This document shows, in pieces, positions 41,913 to 57,899 of a DNA stretch of 64,000 bases; position 1 is the stretch's first letter, and every line of letters starts with the position of its first letter. The translations under genes and the position numbers were made by a program. The stretch spans positions 109,246,001 to 109,310,000 of the forward strand of contig CM059432.1 of the NCBI GenBank assembly GCA_030390025.1, in the 5' to 3' direction. This stretch comes from Squalus acanthias. Taxonomy: Eukaryota. The notes beneath the pieces were generated by a model. The model was not told where the DNA came from, did no database searches, and worked only from the letters and a program-made list of their open reading frames with translations.

Positions 41913-44900
41913 CACATCATACATGTCACACGTTATAGACCTCGCACATCATACATGTCGAACGTTATACACCTCGCACATAATACATGTCGAACGTTAT
42001 ACACCTCGCACATCATACACGTCGCACGTTATAGAACACGCACATCATACTTGTCGCACGTTATAGACCTCGCACATCATACATGTCGAACGTTATACAC
42101 CTAGCTCATCATACACGTCACACATTATAGACCTCGAACATCATACATGTCAGACGTTATAGACCTCGCACATCATACATGTCACACGTTATAGACCTCG
42201 CACATCATACACGTCACACGTTAAAGACCTCGCACATCATACACGTCACACATTATAGACCGCGCACATCATACATTTCACACGTTATAGACCTCGCACA
42301 TCATACATGTCACAAGTTATAGACCTCGCACATCATACACGTCGCACGTTAGAGACCTCGCACATCATAAACGTTGCATGTTATAGACCACGCATATCAT
42401 ACATGTCACACGTTATAGACATCGCACATCATACATGTCACACGTTATAGACCACGCACATCATACACGTCGCATGTTATAGACCACGCACTTCATGCAT
42501 GTCACACATTATAGACCACTCACATCATACATGTTACACGTTATAGACCACGCACATCATACATGTCGAACGTTATAGACCTCGCACATCATAAACGTCA
42601 CACGTTATAGACCTCGCACATCATACATGCCACACGTTATAGACCACGCACATCATACATGTCACACGTTATAGACCTCGCACATCATACATGCCACATG
42701 TTATAGACCACACACATCATACATGTCACACGTTATAGACCTTGCACATCATACACGTCGCATGTTATAGACCACGCACATCATACATGTCGCACGTTAT
42801 AGACCTCGCACATCATACACGTCGCATGTTATAGACCACGCACTTCATGCATGTCACACATTATAGACCACTCACATCATACATGTTACACGTTATAGAC
42901 CACACACATCATACATGTCACACGTTATAGACCACGCACATCATACATGCCACACGTTATAGACCTTGCACATCATACACGTCGCATGTTATAGACCACG
43001 CACATCATACATGTCGCACGTTATAGACCTCGCACATCATACATGTCGCATGTTATAGACCACGCACTTCATGCATGTCACACATTATAGACCACTCACA
43101 TCATACATGTTACACGTTATAGACCACACACATCATACATGCCACACGTTATAGACCTCGCACATCATACATGCCACACGTTATAGACCACACACATCAT
43201 ACATGTCACACGTTATAGACCACGCACATCATACATGTCGAACGTTATAGACCATGCACATCATAAACGTTGCACGTTATACACCTCGCACATCATACAT
43301 GTCGCACGTTATAGACCTCGCACATCATGCACGTCACACGTTATAGACCGCGCACATCATACATGTCACACGTTACAGACCACGCACATAATAAACGTCA
43401 TACGTTATAGACCTCGCATATCATACACGTCACACGTTATAGACCTCGCACATCATACATGTCACATGTTATAGACCTCGCACATCATGCATGTCACACG
43501 TTATAGACCTCGCACATCATACACGTCACACGTTATAGACCACGCACATCATACATGTCGCATGTTATAGACCTCGCACATCATACATGTCACATGTTAT
43601 GGACCGCGCACGTTATACACCTCGCACATCATACACGTCACACATTATAGACCGCGCACATCATGCACGTCGCACGTTATAGACCATGCACATCATACAC
43701 GTCACACATTATAGACCGCACACATCATACATGTCACACGTTATAGACATCGCACATCATACACGTCGCAAGTTATAGACCTCGCACATCAAACACGTCA
43801 CACGTTATAGACCACGCACATCATACATGTCACACGTTATAGACCTCGCACATTATACATGTCACACGTTATAGACCGCGCACATCATACACGTCACATT
43901 TCATAGACCACGCACATCATACATGTCACATGTTATAGACCTCGCACATCATACACGTCACACGTTATAGACCACGCACATCATACATGTCACACGTTAT
44001 AGACCTCGCACATCATACATGTCACACGTTATACACCTCGCACATCATACACGTCACATGTTATAGACCTCACACATCATACATGTCACACGTTATACAC
44101 CTCGCACATCATACATGTCACACGTTATACACCTCGCACATCATACACGTCGCACGTTATACACCTCGCACATCATACACGTCACACGTTATACACCTCG
44201 CACATCATACATGTCACACGTTATACACCTCGCACATCATACACGTCACACGTTATAGACCACGCACATCATACACGTCACACGTTATAGACCTCGCACA
44301 TCATACACGTCGCTTATTATAGACCACACACATCATACACGTCACACGTTATAGACCTCGCACATCATACACGTCACACCTTACAGACCACGCACATCAT
44401 ACACGTCACACGTTATAGACCTCGCACATCATACATGTCACACGTTATAGAACTCGCACATCATACATGTCACACTTTATAGACCTCGCACATCATACAT
44501 GTCACACGTTATAGACCTCGCACATCATACACGTCACACGTTATAGACCGCACACATCATACATGTCACACATTATAGACCTCACACATCACACATGTCA
44601 CACGTTATAAACCTCGCACATCATACATGTCGAACGTTATAAACCTCGCACATCATACATGTCGAACGTTATAGACCTCGCACATCATACATGTCGCACG
44701 TTATAGACCGCGCACATCATGCACGTCGCACGTTATAGACCTCGCACATCATACATGTCACACGTTATAGACCTCGCACATCATACACGTCACACGTTAT
44801 AGACCTCGCGCATCATACACGTCGAACGTTATAGACCCCACATCATACATGTCACACGTTATAGACCTCGCACATCATACACGTCGCATGTTATAGACCA

Positions 44901-47900
44901 CACACATCATACACGTCACACGTTATACACCTCGCACATCATACACGTCGCATGTTATAGACCACACACATCATACACGTCACACGTTATAGACCTCGCA
45001 CATCATAACGTCGCACGTTATAGACCGCGCACATCATACATGTCACACGTTATACACCTCGCACATCATATATGTCACACGTTATACACCTCGCACATCA
45101 TAAACGTTGCATGTTATAGACCACACATATCATACATGTCACACGTTATAGACCTCACACATCATACATGTCACACGTTATAGACCACGCACATCATACA
45201 TGTCAAACATTATAGAACTCGCACATCATACACGTCACACGTTATAGACCGCGCACATCATACACGTCGCACGTTATAGACCTCGCACATCATACATGTC
45301 AAACGTTATACACCTCGCACATCATACACGTCACACGTTATAGACCACGCACATCATACACGTCACACGTTATAGACCTTGCACATCATACACGTCACAC
45401 GTTATAGACCTCGCACATCATACATGTCACATGTTATAGACCTCGCACATCATACATGTCACACGTTATAGACCTCGCACATCATACACGTCACACATTA
45501 TAGACCTCGCACATCATACACGTCACACGTTATAGACCTCGCACATCATACACGTCACACTTTATAGACCTCGCACATCATACACGTCACACGTTATTGA
45601 CCGCGCACATCATACATGTCACGCGTTACAGACCTCGCAGATCATACACGTCGCACGTTATACACCTCGCACATCATACACGTCGCATGTTAAAGACCAC
45701 ACACATCATACACGTTGCACGTTATACACCTCGCACATCATACACGTCACATGTTATGGACCGCGCACGTTATACACCTCGCACATCATACATGTCACAC
45801 GTTATAGACCGCGCACATCATACACGTCGCACGTTATAGACCTCGCACATCATACACGTCACACGTTATAGACCTCGCACATCATACATGTCGCATGTTA
45901 TAGACCTCGCACATCATACACGTCGCACGTTATAGACCTCGCACATCATACATGTCACACGTTATACACCTCGCACATCATACACGTCACACGTTATAGA
46001 CCTCGCACATCATACACGTCACACGTTATAGACCTCGCACATCATACACGTCGAACGTTATAGACCACACATCATACATGTCACACGTTATAGAACTCGC
46101 ACATCATACACGTCGCATGTTATAGACCACACACATCATACACGTCACACGTTATACACCTCGCACATCATACACATCACATGTTATAGACCACACACAT
46201 CATACACGTCACACGTTATAGACCTCGCACATCATAACGTCGCACGTTATAGACCGCGCACATCATACATGTCACACGTTATACACCTCGCACATCATAT
46301 ATGTCACACGTTATACACCTCGCACATCATACACGTCACACGTTATAGACCTCGCACATCATACATGTCACATGTTATACACCTCGCACATCATACATGT
46401 CACACGTTTTACACCTCGCACATCATGCACGTCACAATTTATAGACCCCACAAATCATACATGTCACACGTTATACACCTCGCACATCATACATGTCACA
46501 CATTATACACCTCGCACATCATACATGTCACACGTTATACACCTCGCACATCATACACGTCACACGTTATAGACCTCGCACATCATACACATCACACGTT
46601 ATAGACCTTGCACATCATACACGTTGCACGTTATAGACCTCGCACATCATACATGTCGAACGTTATACACCTCGCACATCATACATGTCGAACGTTATTC
46701 ACCTCGCACATCATACACGTCACACGTTACAGACCTCGCACATCATACACGTCGCATGTTATAGACCTCGCACATCATGCATGTCACACGTTATAGACCG
46801 CGCACATCATACTCATCACACGTTATAGTCCTCGCACATCATACACATCACACGTTATAGACCTCGCACATCATACACGTCGCATGTTATAGACCACACA
46901 CATCATACATGTCACACGTTATAGACCTCGCACATCATACACGTCACATGTTATAGACCTCGCACATCATACACGTCACACGTTATAGACCTCGCACATC
47001 ATACATGTCACACGTTATAGACCTCGCACATCATAAACGTTGCATGTTATAGACCACACATATCATACACGTCACACGTTATAGACCTCGCACATCATAC
47101 ACGTCACACGTTATTGACCGCACACATCATACATGTCACACGTTACAGACCTCGCAGATCATACACGTCGCACGCTATACACCTCGCACATCATACACGT
47201 CGCATGTTAAAGACCACACACATCATACACGTTGCACGTTATACACCTCGCACATCATACACGTCACACGTTATAGACCTCGCACATCATACATGTCACA
47301 TGTTATAGACCTCGCACATCATACATGTCACACTTTATAGACCTCGCACATCATACACGTCACACGTTATAGACCTCGCACATCATACACGTCACACGTT
47401 ATAGACCTCGCACATCATACACGTCACACGTTATAGACCTCGCACATCATACACGTCACACGTTATTGACCACGCACATCATACATGTCACACGTTACAG
47501 ACCTCGCAGATCATACACGTCGCACGTTATACACCTCGCACATCATACACGTCGCATGTTAAAGACCACACACATCATACACGTTGCACGTTATACACCT
47601 CGCACATCATACACGTCACATGTTATGGACCGCGCACGTTATACACCTCGCACATCATACATGTCACACGTTATAGACCGCGCACATCATACACGTCGCA
47701 CGTTATAGACCTCGCACATCATACACGTCACACGTTATAGACCTCGCACATCATACATCTCGCATGTTACAGACCTCGCACATCATACACGTCGCATGTT
47801 ATAGACCTCGCACATCATGCATGTCACACGTTATAGACCGCGCACATCATACACGTCACACGTTATAGACCTCGCACATCATACACGTCACACGTTATAG

Positions 47901-50900
47901 ACCTCGCACATCATACACGTCACACGTTATAGACCTCGCACATCATACACGTCACACGTTATTGACCGCGCACATCATACATGTCACACGTTACAGACCT
48001 CGCAGATCATACACGTCGCACGTTATACACCTCGCACATCATACACGTCGCATGTTAAAGACCACACACATCATACACGTTGCACGTTATACACCTCGCA
48101 CATCATACACGTCACATGTTATGGACCGCGCACGTTATACACCTCGCACATCATACATGTCACACGTTATAGACCGCGCACATCATACACGTCGCACGTT
48201 ATAGACCTCGCACATCATACACGTCACACGTTATAGACCTCGCACATCATACATCTCGCATGTTACAGACCTCGCACATCATACATGTCACACGTTATAG
48301 ACCTCGCACATCATACATGTCGAACGTTATACACCTCGCACATAATACATGTCGAACGTTATACACCTCGCACATCATACACGTCGCACGTTATAGAACA
48401 CGCACATCATACTTGTCGCACGTTATAGACCTCGCACATCATACATGTCGAACGTTATACACCTAGCTCATCATACACGTCACACATTATAGACCTCGAA
48501 CATCATACATGTCAGACGTTATAGACCTCGCACATCATACATGTCACACGTTATAGACCTCGCACATCATACACGTCACACGTTAAAGACCTCGCACATC
48601 ATACACGTCACACATTATAGACCGCGCACATCATACATTTCACACGTTATAGACCTCGCACATCATACATGTCACAAGTTATAGACCTCGCACATCATAC
48701 ACGTCGCACGTTAGAGACCTCGCACATCATAAACGTTGCATGTTATAGACCACGCATATCATACATGTCACACGTTATAGACATCGCACATCATACATGT
48801 CACACGTTATAGACCACGCACATCATACACGTCGCATGTTATAGACCACGCACTTCATGCATGTCACACATTATAGACCACTCACATCATACATGTTACA
48901 CGTTATAGACCACGCACATCATACATGTCGAACGTTATAGACCTCGCACATCATAAACGTCACACGTTATAGACCTCGCACATCATACATGCCACACGTT
49001 ATAGACCACGCACATCATACATGTCACACGTTATAGACCTCGCACATCATACATGCCACATGTTATAGACCACACACATCATACATGTCACACGTTATAG
49101 ACCTTGCACATCATACACGTCGCATGTTATAGACCACGCACATCATACATGTCGCACGTTATAGACCTCGCACATCATACACGTCGCATGTTATAGACCA
49201 CGCACTTCATGCATGTCACACATTATAGACCACTCACATCATACATGTTACACGTTATAGACCACACACATCATACATGTCACACGTTATAGACCACGCA
49301 CATCATACATGCCACACGTTATAGACCTTGCACATCATACACGTCGCATGTTATAGACCACGCACATCATACATGTCGCACGTTATAGACCTCGCACATC
49401 ATACATGTCGCATGTTATAGACCACGCACTTCATGCATGTCACACATTATAGACCACTCACATCATACATGTTACACGTTATAGACCACACACATCATAC
49501 ATGCCACACGTTATAGACCTCGCACATCATACATGCCACACGTTATAGACCACACACATCATACATGTCACACGTTATAGACCACGCACATCATACATGT
49601 CGAACGTTATAGACCATGCACATCATAAACGTTGCACGTTATACACCTCGCACATCATACATGTCGCACGTTATAGACCTCGCACATCATGCACGTCACA
49701 CGTTATAGACCGCGCACATCATACATGTCACACGTTACAGACCACGCACATAATAAACGTCATACGTTATAGACCTCGCATATCATACACGTCACACGTT
49801 ATAGACCTCGCACATCATACATGTCACATGTTATAGACCTCGCACATCATGCATGTCACACGTTATAGACCTCGCACATCATACACGTCACACGTTATAG
49901 ACCACGCACATCATACATGTCGCATGTTATAGACCTCGCACATCATACATGTCACATGTTATGGACCGCGCACGTTATACACCTCGCACATCATACACGT
50001 CACACATTATAGACCGCGCACATCATGCACGTCGCACGTTATAGACCATGCACATCATACACGTCACACATTATAGACCGCACACATCATACATGTCACA
50101 CGTTATAGACATCGCACATCATACACGTCGCAAGTTATAGACCTCGCACATCAAACACGTCACACGTTATAGACCACGCACATCATACATGTCACACGTT
50201 ATAGACCTCGCACATTATACATGTCACACGTTATAGACCGCGCACATCATACACGTCACATTTCATAGACCACGCACATCATACATGTCACATGTTATAG
50301 ACCTCGCACATCATACACGTCACACGTTATAGACCACGCACATCATACATGTCACACGTTATAGACCTCGCACATCATACATGTCACACGTTATACACCT
50401 CGCACATCATACACGTCACATGTTATAGACCTCACACATCATACATGTCACACGTTATACACCTCGCACATCATACATGTCACACGTTATACACCTCGCA
50501 CATCATACACGTCGCACGTTATACACCTCGCACATCATACACGTCACACGTTATACACCTCGCACATCATACATGTCACACGTTATACACCTCGCACATC
50601 ATACACGTCACACGTTATAGACCACGCACATCATACACGTCACACGTTATAGACCTCGCACATCATACACGTCGCTTATTATAGACCACACACATCATAC
50701 ACGTCACACGTTATAGACCTCGCACATCATACACGTCACACCTTACAGACCACGCACATCATACACGTCACACGTTATAGACCTCGCACATCATACATGT
50801 CACACGTTATAGAACTCGCACATCATACATGTCACACTTTATAGACCTCGCACATCATACATGTCACACGTTATAGACCTCGCACATCATACACGTCACA

Positions 50901-53900
50901 CGTTATAGACCGCACACATCATACATGTCACACATTATAGACCTCACACATCACACATGTCACACGTTATAAACCTCGCACATCATACATGTCGAACGTT
51001 ATAAACCTCGCACATCATACATGTCGAACGTTATAGACCTCGCACATCATACATGTCGCACGTTATAGACCGCGCACATCATGCACGTCGCACGTTATAG
51101 ACCTCGCACATCATACATGTCACACGTTATAGACCTCGCACATCATACACGTCACACGTTATAGACCTCGCGCATCATACACGTCGAACGTTATAGACCC
51201 CACATCATACATGTCACACGTTATAGACCTCGCACATCATACACGTCGCATGTTATAGACCACACACATCATACACGTCACACGTTATACACCTCGCACA
51301 TCATACACGTCGCATGTTATAGACCACACACATCATACACGTCACACGTTATAGACCTCGCACATCATAACGTCGCACGTTATAGACCGCGCACATCATA
51401 CATGTCACACGTTATACACCTCGCACATCATATATGTCACACGTTATACACCTCGCACATCATAAACGTTGCATGTTATAGACCACACATATCATACATG
51501 TCACACGTTATAGACCTCACACATCATACATGTCACACGTTATAGACCACGCACATCATACATGTCAAACATTATAGAACTCGCACATCATACACGTCAC
51601 ACGTTATAGACCGCGCACATCATACACGTCGCACGTTATAGACCTCGCACATCATACATGTCAAACGTTATACACCTCGCACATCATACACGTCACACGT
51701 TATAGACCACGCACATCATACACGTCACACGTTATAGACCTTGCACATCATACACGTCACACGTTATAGACCTCGCACATCATACATGTCACATGTTATA
51801 GACCTCGCACATCATACATGTCACACGTTATAGACCTCGCACATCATACACGTCACACATTATAGACCTCGCACATCATACACGTCACACGTTATAGACC
51901 TCGCACATCATACACGTCACACTTTATAGACCTCGCACATCATACACGTCACACGTTATTGACCGCGCACATCATACATGTCACGCGTTACAGACCTCGC
52001 AGATCATACACGTCGCACGTTATACACCTCGCACATCATACACGTCGCATGTTAAAGACCACACACATCATACACGTTGCACGTTATACACCTCGCACAT
52101 CATACACGTCACATGTTATGGACCGCGCACGTTATACACCTCGCACATCATACATGTCACACGTTATAGACCGCGCACATCATACACGTCGCACGTTATA
52201 GACCTCGCACATCATACACGTCACACGTTATAGACCTCGCACATCATACATGTCGCATGTTATAGACCTCGCACATCATACACGTCGCACGTTATAGACC
52301 TCGCACATCATACATGTCACACGTTATACACCTCGCACATCATACACGTCACACGTTATAGACCTCGCACATCATACACGTCACACGTTATAGACCTCGC
52401 ACATCATACACGTCGAACGTTATAGACCACACATCATACATGTCACACGTTATAGAACTCGCACATCATACACGTCGCATGTTATAGACCACACACATCA
52501 TACACGTCACACGTTATACACCTCGCACATCATACACATCACATGTTATAGACCACACACATCATACACGTCACACGTTATAGACCTCGCACATCATAAC
52601 GTCGCACGTTATAGACCGCGCACATCATACATGTCACACGTTATACACCTCGCACATCATATATGTCACACGTTATACACCTCGCACATCATACACGTCA
52701 CACGTTATAGACCTCGCACATCATACATGTCACATGTTATACACCTCGCACATCATACATGTCACACGTTTTACACCTCGCACATCATGCACGTCACAAT
52801 TTATAGACCCCACAAATCATACATGTCACACGTTATACACCTCGCACATCATACATGTCACACATTATACACCTCGCACATCATACATGTCACACGTTAT
52901 ACACCTCGCACATCATACACGTCACACGTTATAGACCTCGCACATCATACACATCACACGTTATAGACCTTGCACATCATACACGTTGCACGTTATAGAC
53001 CTCGCACATCATACATGTCGAACGTTATACACCTCGCACATCATACATGTCGAACGTTATTCACCTCGCACATCATACACGTCACACGTTACAGACCTCG
53101 CACATCATACACGTCGCATGTTATAGACCTCGCACATCATGCATGTCACACGTTATAGACCGCGCACATCATACTCATCACACGTTATAGTCCTCGCACA
53201 TCATACACATCACACGTTATAGACCTCGCACATCATACACGTCGCATGTTATAGACCACACACATCATACATGTCACACGTTATAGACCTCGCACATCAT
53301 ACACGTCACATGTTATAGACCTCGCACATCATACACGTCACACGTTATAGACCTCGCACATCATACATGTCACACGTTATAGACCTCGCACATCATAAAC
53401 GTTGCATGTTATAGACCACACATATCATACACGTCACACGTTATAGACCTCGCACATCATACACGTCACACGTTATTGACCGCACACATCATACATGTCA
53501 CACGTTACAGACCTCGCAGATCATACACGTCGCACGCTATACACCTCGCACATCATACACGTCGCATGTTAAAGACCACACACATCATACACGTTGCACG
53601 TTATACACCTCGCACATCATACACGTCACACGTTATAGACCTCGCACATCATACATGTCACATGTTATAGACCTCGCACATCATACATGTCACACTTTAT
53701 AGACCTCGCACATCATACACGTCACACGTTATAGACCTCGCACATCATACACGTCACACGTTATAGACCTCGCACATCATACACGTCACACGTTATAGAC
53801 CTCGCACATCATACACGTCACACGTTATTGACCACGCACATCATACATGTCACACGTTACAGACCTCGCAGATCATACACGTCGCACGTTATACACCTCG

Positions 53901-54640
53901 CACATCATACACGTCGCATGTTAAAGACCACACACATCATACACGTTGCACGTTATACACCTCGCACATCATACACGTCACATGTTATGGACCGCGCACG
54001 TTATACACCTCGCACATCATACATGTCACACGTTATAGACCGCGCACATCATACACGTCGCACGTTATAGACCTCGCACATCATACACGTCACACGTTAT
54101 AGACCTCGCACATCATACATCTCGCATGTTACAGACCTCGCACATCATACACGTCGCATGTTATAGACCTCGCACATCATGCATGTCACACGTTATAGAC
54201 CGCGCACATCATACACGTCACACGTTATAGACCTCGCACATCATACACGTCACACGTTATAGACCTCGCACATCATACACGTCACACGTTATAGACCTCG
54301 CACATCATACACGTCACACGTTATTGACTGCGCACATCATACATGTCACACGTTACAGACCTCGCAGATCATACACGTCGCACGTTATACACCTCGCACA
54401 TCATACACGTCGCATGTTAAAGACCACACACATCATACACGTTGCACGTTATACACCTCGCACATCATACACGTCACATGTTATGGACCGCGCACGTTAT
54501 ACACCTCGCACATCATACATGTCACACGTTATAGACCGCGCACATCATACACGTCGCACGTTATAGACCTCGCACATCATACACGTCACACGTTATAGAC
54601 CTCGCACATCATACATCTCGCATGTTACAGACCTCGCACA
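41913..54640. repeat. Near-perfect tandem duplication of a 6,362-bp satellite block (junction ~48,275)
   Basis: Constant 6,362 offset for pseudo-ORFs 43,235/49,597, 43,987/50,349, 45,597/51,959, 46,269/52,631, 47,114/53,476 and 47,962/54,324, and for marker CTAGCTCATC at 42,101/48,463. Confidence 0.92.
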
Positions 54641-57600
54641 TCATACACGTCGCATGTTATAGACCTCGCACATCATGCATGTCACACGTTATAGACCGCG
54701 CACATCATACTCATCACACTTTATAGTCCTCGCACATCATACACATCACACGTTATAGACCTCGCACATCATACACGTCGCATGTTATAGACCACACACA
54801 TCATACATGTCACACGTTATAGACCTCGCACATCATACACGTCACATGTTATAGACCTCGCACATCATACACGTCACACGTTATAGACCTCGCACATCAT
54901 ACATGTCACACGTTATAGACCTCGCACATCATAAACGTTGCATGTTATAGACCACACATATCATACACGTCACACGTTATAGACCTCGCACATCATACAC
55001 GTCACACGTTATTGACCGCACACATCATACATGTCACACGTTACAGACCTCGCAGATCATACACGTCGCACGCTATACACCTCGCACATCATACACGTCG
55101 CATGTTAAAGACCACACACATCATACACGTTGCACGTTATACACCTCGCACATCATACACGTCACACGTTATAGACCTCGCACATCATACATGTCACATG
55201 TTATAGACCTCGCACATCATAAACGTTGCATGTTATAGACCACACATATCATACATGTCACATGTTATAGACCTCGCACATCATACATGTCACACGTTAT
55301 AGACCTCGCACATCATACACGTCACACGTTATAGACCTCGCACATCATACACGTCACACGTTATAGACCTCGCACATCATACACGTCACACGTTATAGAC
55401 CTCGCACATCATACACGTCACACGTTATTGACCGCGCACATCATACATGTCACACGTTACAGACCTCGCAGATCATACACGTCGCACGTTATACACCTCG
55501 CACATCATACACGTCGCATGTTAAAGACCACACACATCATACACGTTGCACGTTATACACCTCGCACATCATACACGTCACATGTTATGGACCGCGCACG
55601 TTATACACCTCGCACATCATACATGTCACACGTTATAGACCGCGCACATCATACACGTCGCACGTTATAGACCTCGCACATCATACACGTCACACGTTAT
55701 AGACCTCGCACATCATACATCTCGCATGTTATAGACCTCGCACATCATACACGTCGCACGTTATAGACCTCGCACATCATACATGTCACACGTTATACAC
55801 CTTGCACATCATACACGTCACATGTTATAGACCTCGCACATCATACACGTCACACGTTATAGACCTCACACATCATACACGTCACACCTTATAGACCACG
55901 CACATCATACACGTCACACTTTATAGACCTTGCACATCATACACGTCACACGTTATAGACCGCACACATCATACATGTCACACATTATAGACCTCACACA
56001 TCATACATGTCACACGTTATAGACCTCGCACATCATACATGTCACATGTTATAGACCTCGCACATCATACACGTCACACGTTATAGACCTCGCACATCAT
56101 ACACGTCACACGTTATAAACCTCGCACATCATACACGTCACACGTTATAGACCTTGCACATCATACATGTCACACGTTATAGACCTTGCACATCATACAC
56201 GTCACACGTTATAGACCTTGCACATCATACACGTCGCACGTTATACACCTCGCACATCATACATGTCGCACGTTATAGACCTCGCACATCATACACGTCA
56301 CACGTTATAGACCACGCACATCATACATGTCACACGTTATAGACCTCGCACATCATACACGTCACACGTTATAGACCTCGCACATCATACACGTCGAACG
56401 TTATAGACCACACATCATACATGTCACACGTTATAGAACTCGCACATCATACACGTCGCATGTTATAGACCACACACATCATACACGTCACACGTTATAG
56501 ACCTCGCACATCATAACGTCGCATGTTATAGACCACACACATCATACACGTCACACGTTATAGACCTCGCACATCATAACGTCGCACGTTATAGACCGCG
56601 CACATCATACATGTCACACGTTATACACCTCGCACATCATATATGTCACACGTTATACACCTCGCACATCATACACGTCACACGTTATAGACCTCGCACA
56701 TCATACATGTCACATGTTATACACCTCGCACATCATACATGTCACACGTTTTACACCTCGCACATCATGCACGTCACAATTTATAGACCCCACAAATCAT
56801 ACATGTCACACATTATACACCTCGCACATCATACATGTCACACATTATACACCTCGCACATCATACATGTCACACGTTATACACCTCGCACATCATACAC
56901 GTCACACGTTATAGACCTCGCACATCATACACATCACACGTTATAGACCTTGCACATCATACACGTTGCACGTTATAGACCTCGCACATCATACATGTCG
57001 AACGTTATACACCTCGCACATCATACATGTCGAACGTTATACACCTCGCACATCATACACGTCACACGTTATAGACCTCGCACATCATACACGTCGCATG
57101 TTATAGACCTCGCACATCATGCATGTCACACGTTATAGACCGCGCACATCATACTCATCACACGTTATAGTCCTCGCACATCATACACATCACACGTTGT
57201 AGACCTCGCACATCATACACGTCGCATGTTATAGACCACACACATCATACATGTCACACGTTATAGACCTCGCACATCATACACGTCACATGTTATAGAC
57301 CTCGCACATCATACACGTCACACGTTATAGACCTCGCACATCATACATGTCACACGTTATAGACCTCGCACATCATAAACGGTGCATGTTATAGACCACA
57401 CATATCATACAAGTCACACGTTATAGACCTCACACATCATACATGTCACACGTTATAGACCACGCACATCATACATGTCGAATGTTATAGACCGCGCACA
57501 TCATACACATCGCACGTTATAGACCGCGCACATCATACATGTCACACGTTATAGACCACGCACATCATACATGTCGAACATTATAGACCTCGCACATCAT

Positions 57601-57899
57601 ACATGTCACACGTTATAGACCTCGCACATCATACATGTCACATGTTATAGACCTCGCACATCATACACGTCACACGTTATAGACCTCGCACATCATACAC
57701 GTCACACGTTATAAACCTCGCACATCATACACGTCACACGTTATAGACCTTGCACATCATACATGTCACACGTTATAGACCTTGCACATCATACACGTCA
57801 CACGTTATAGACCTTGCACATCATACACGTCGCACGTTATACACCTCGCACATCATACATGTCGCACGTTATAGACCTCGCACATCATACACGTCACAC

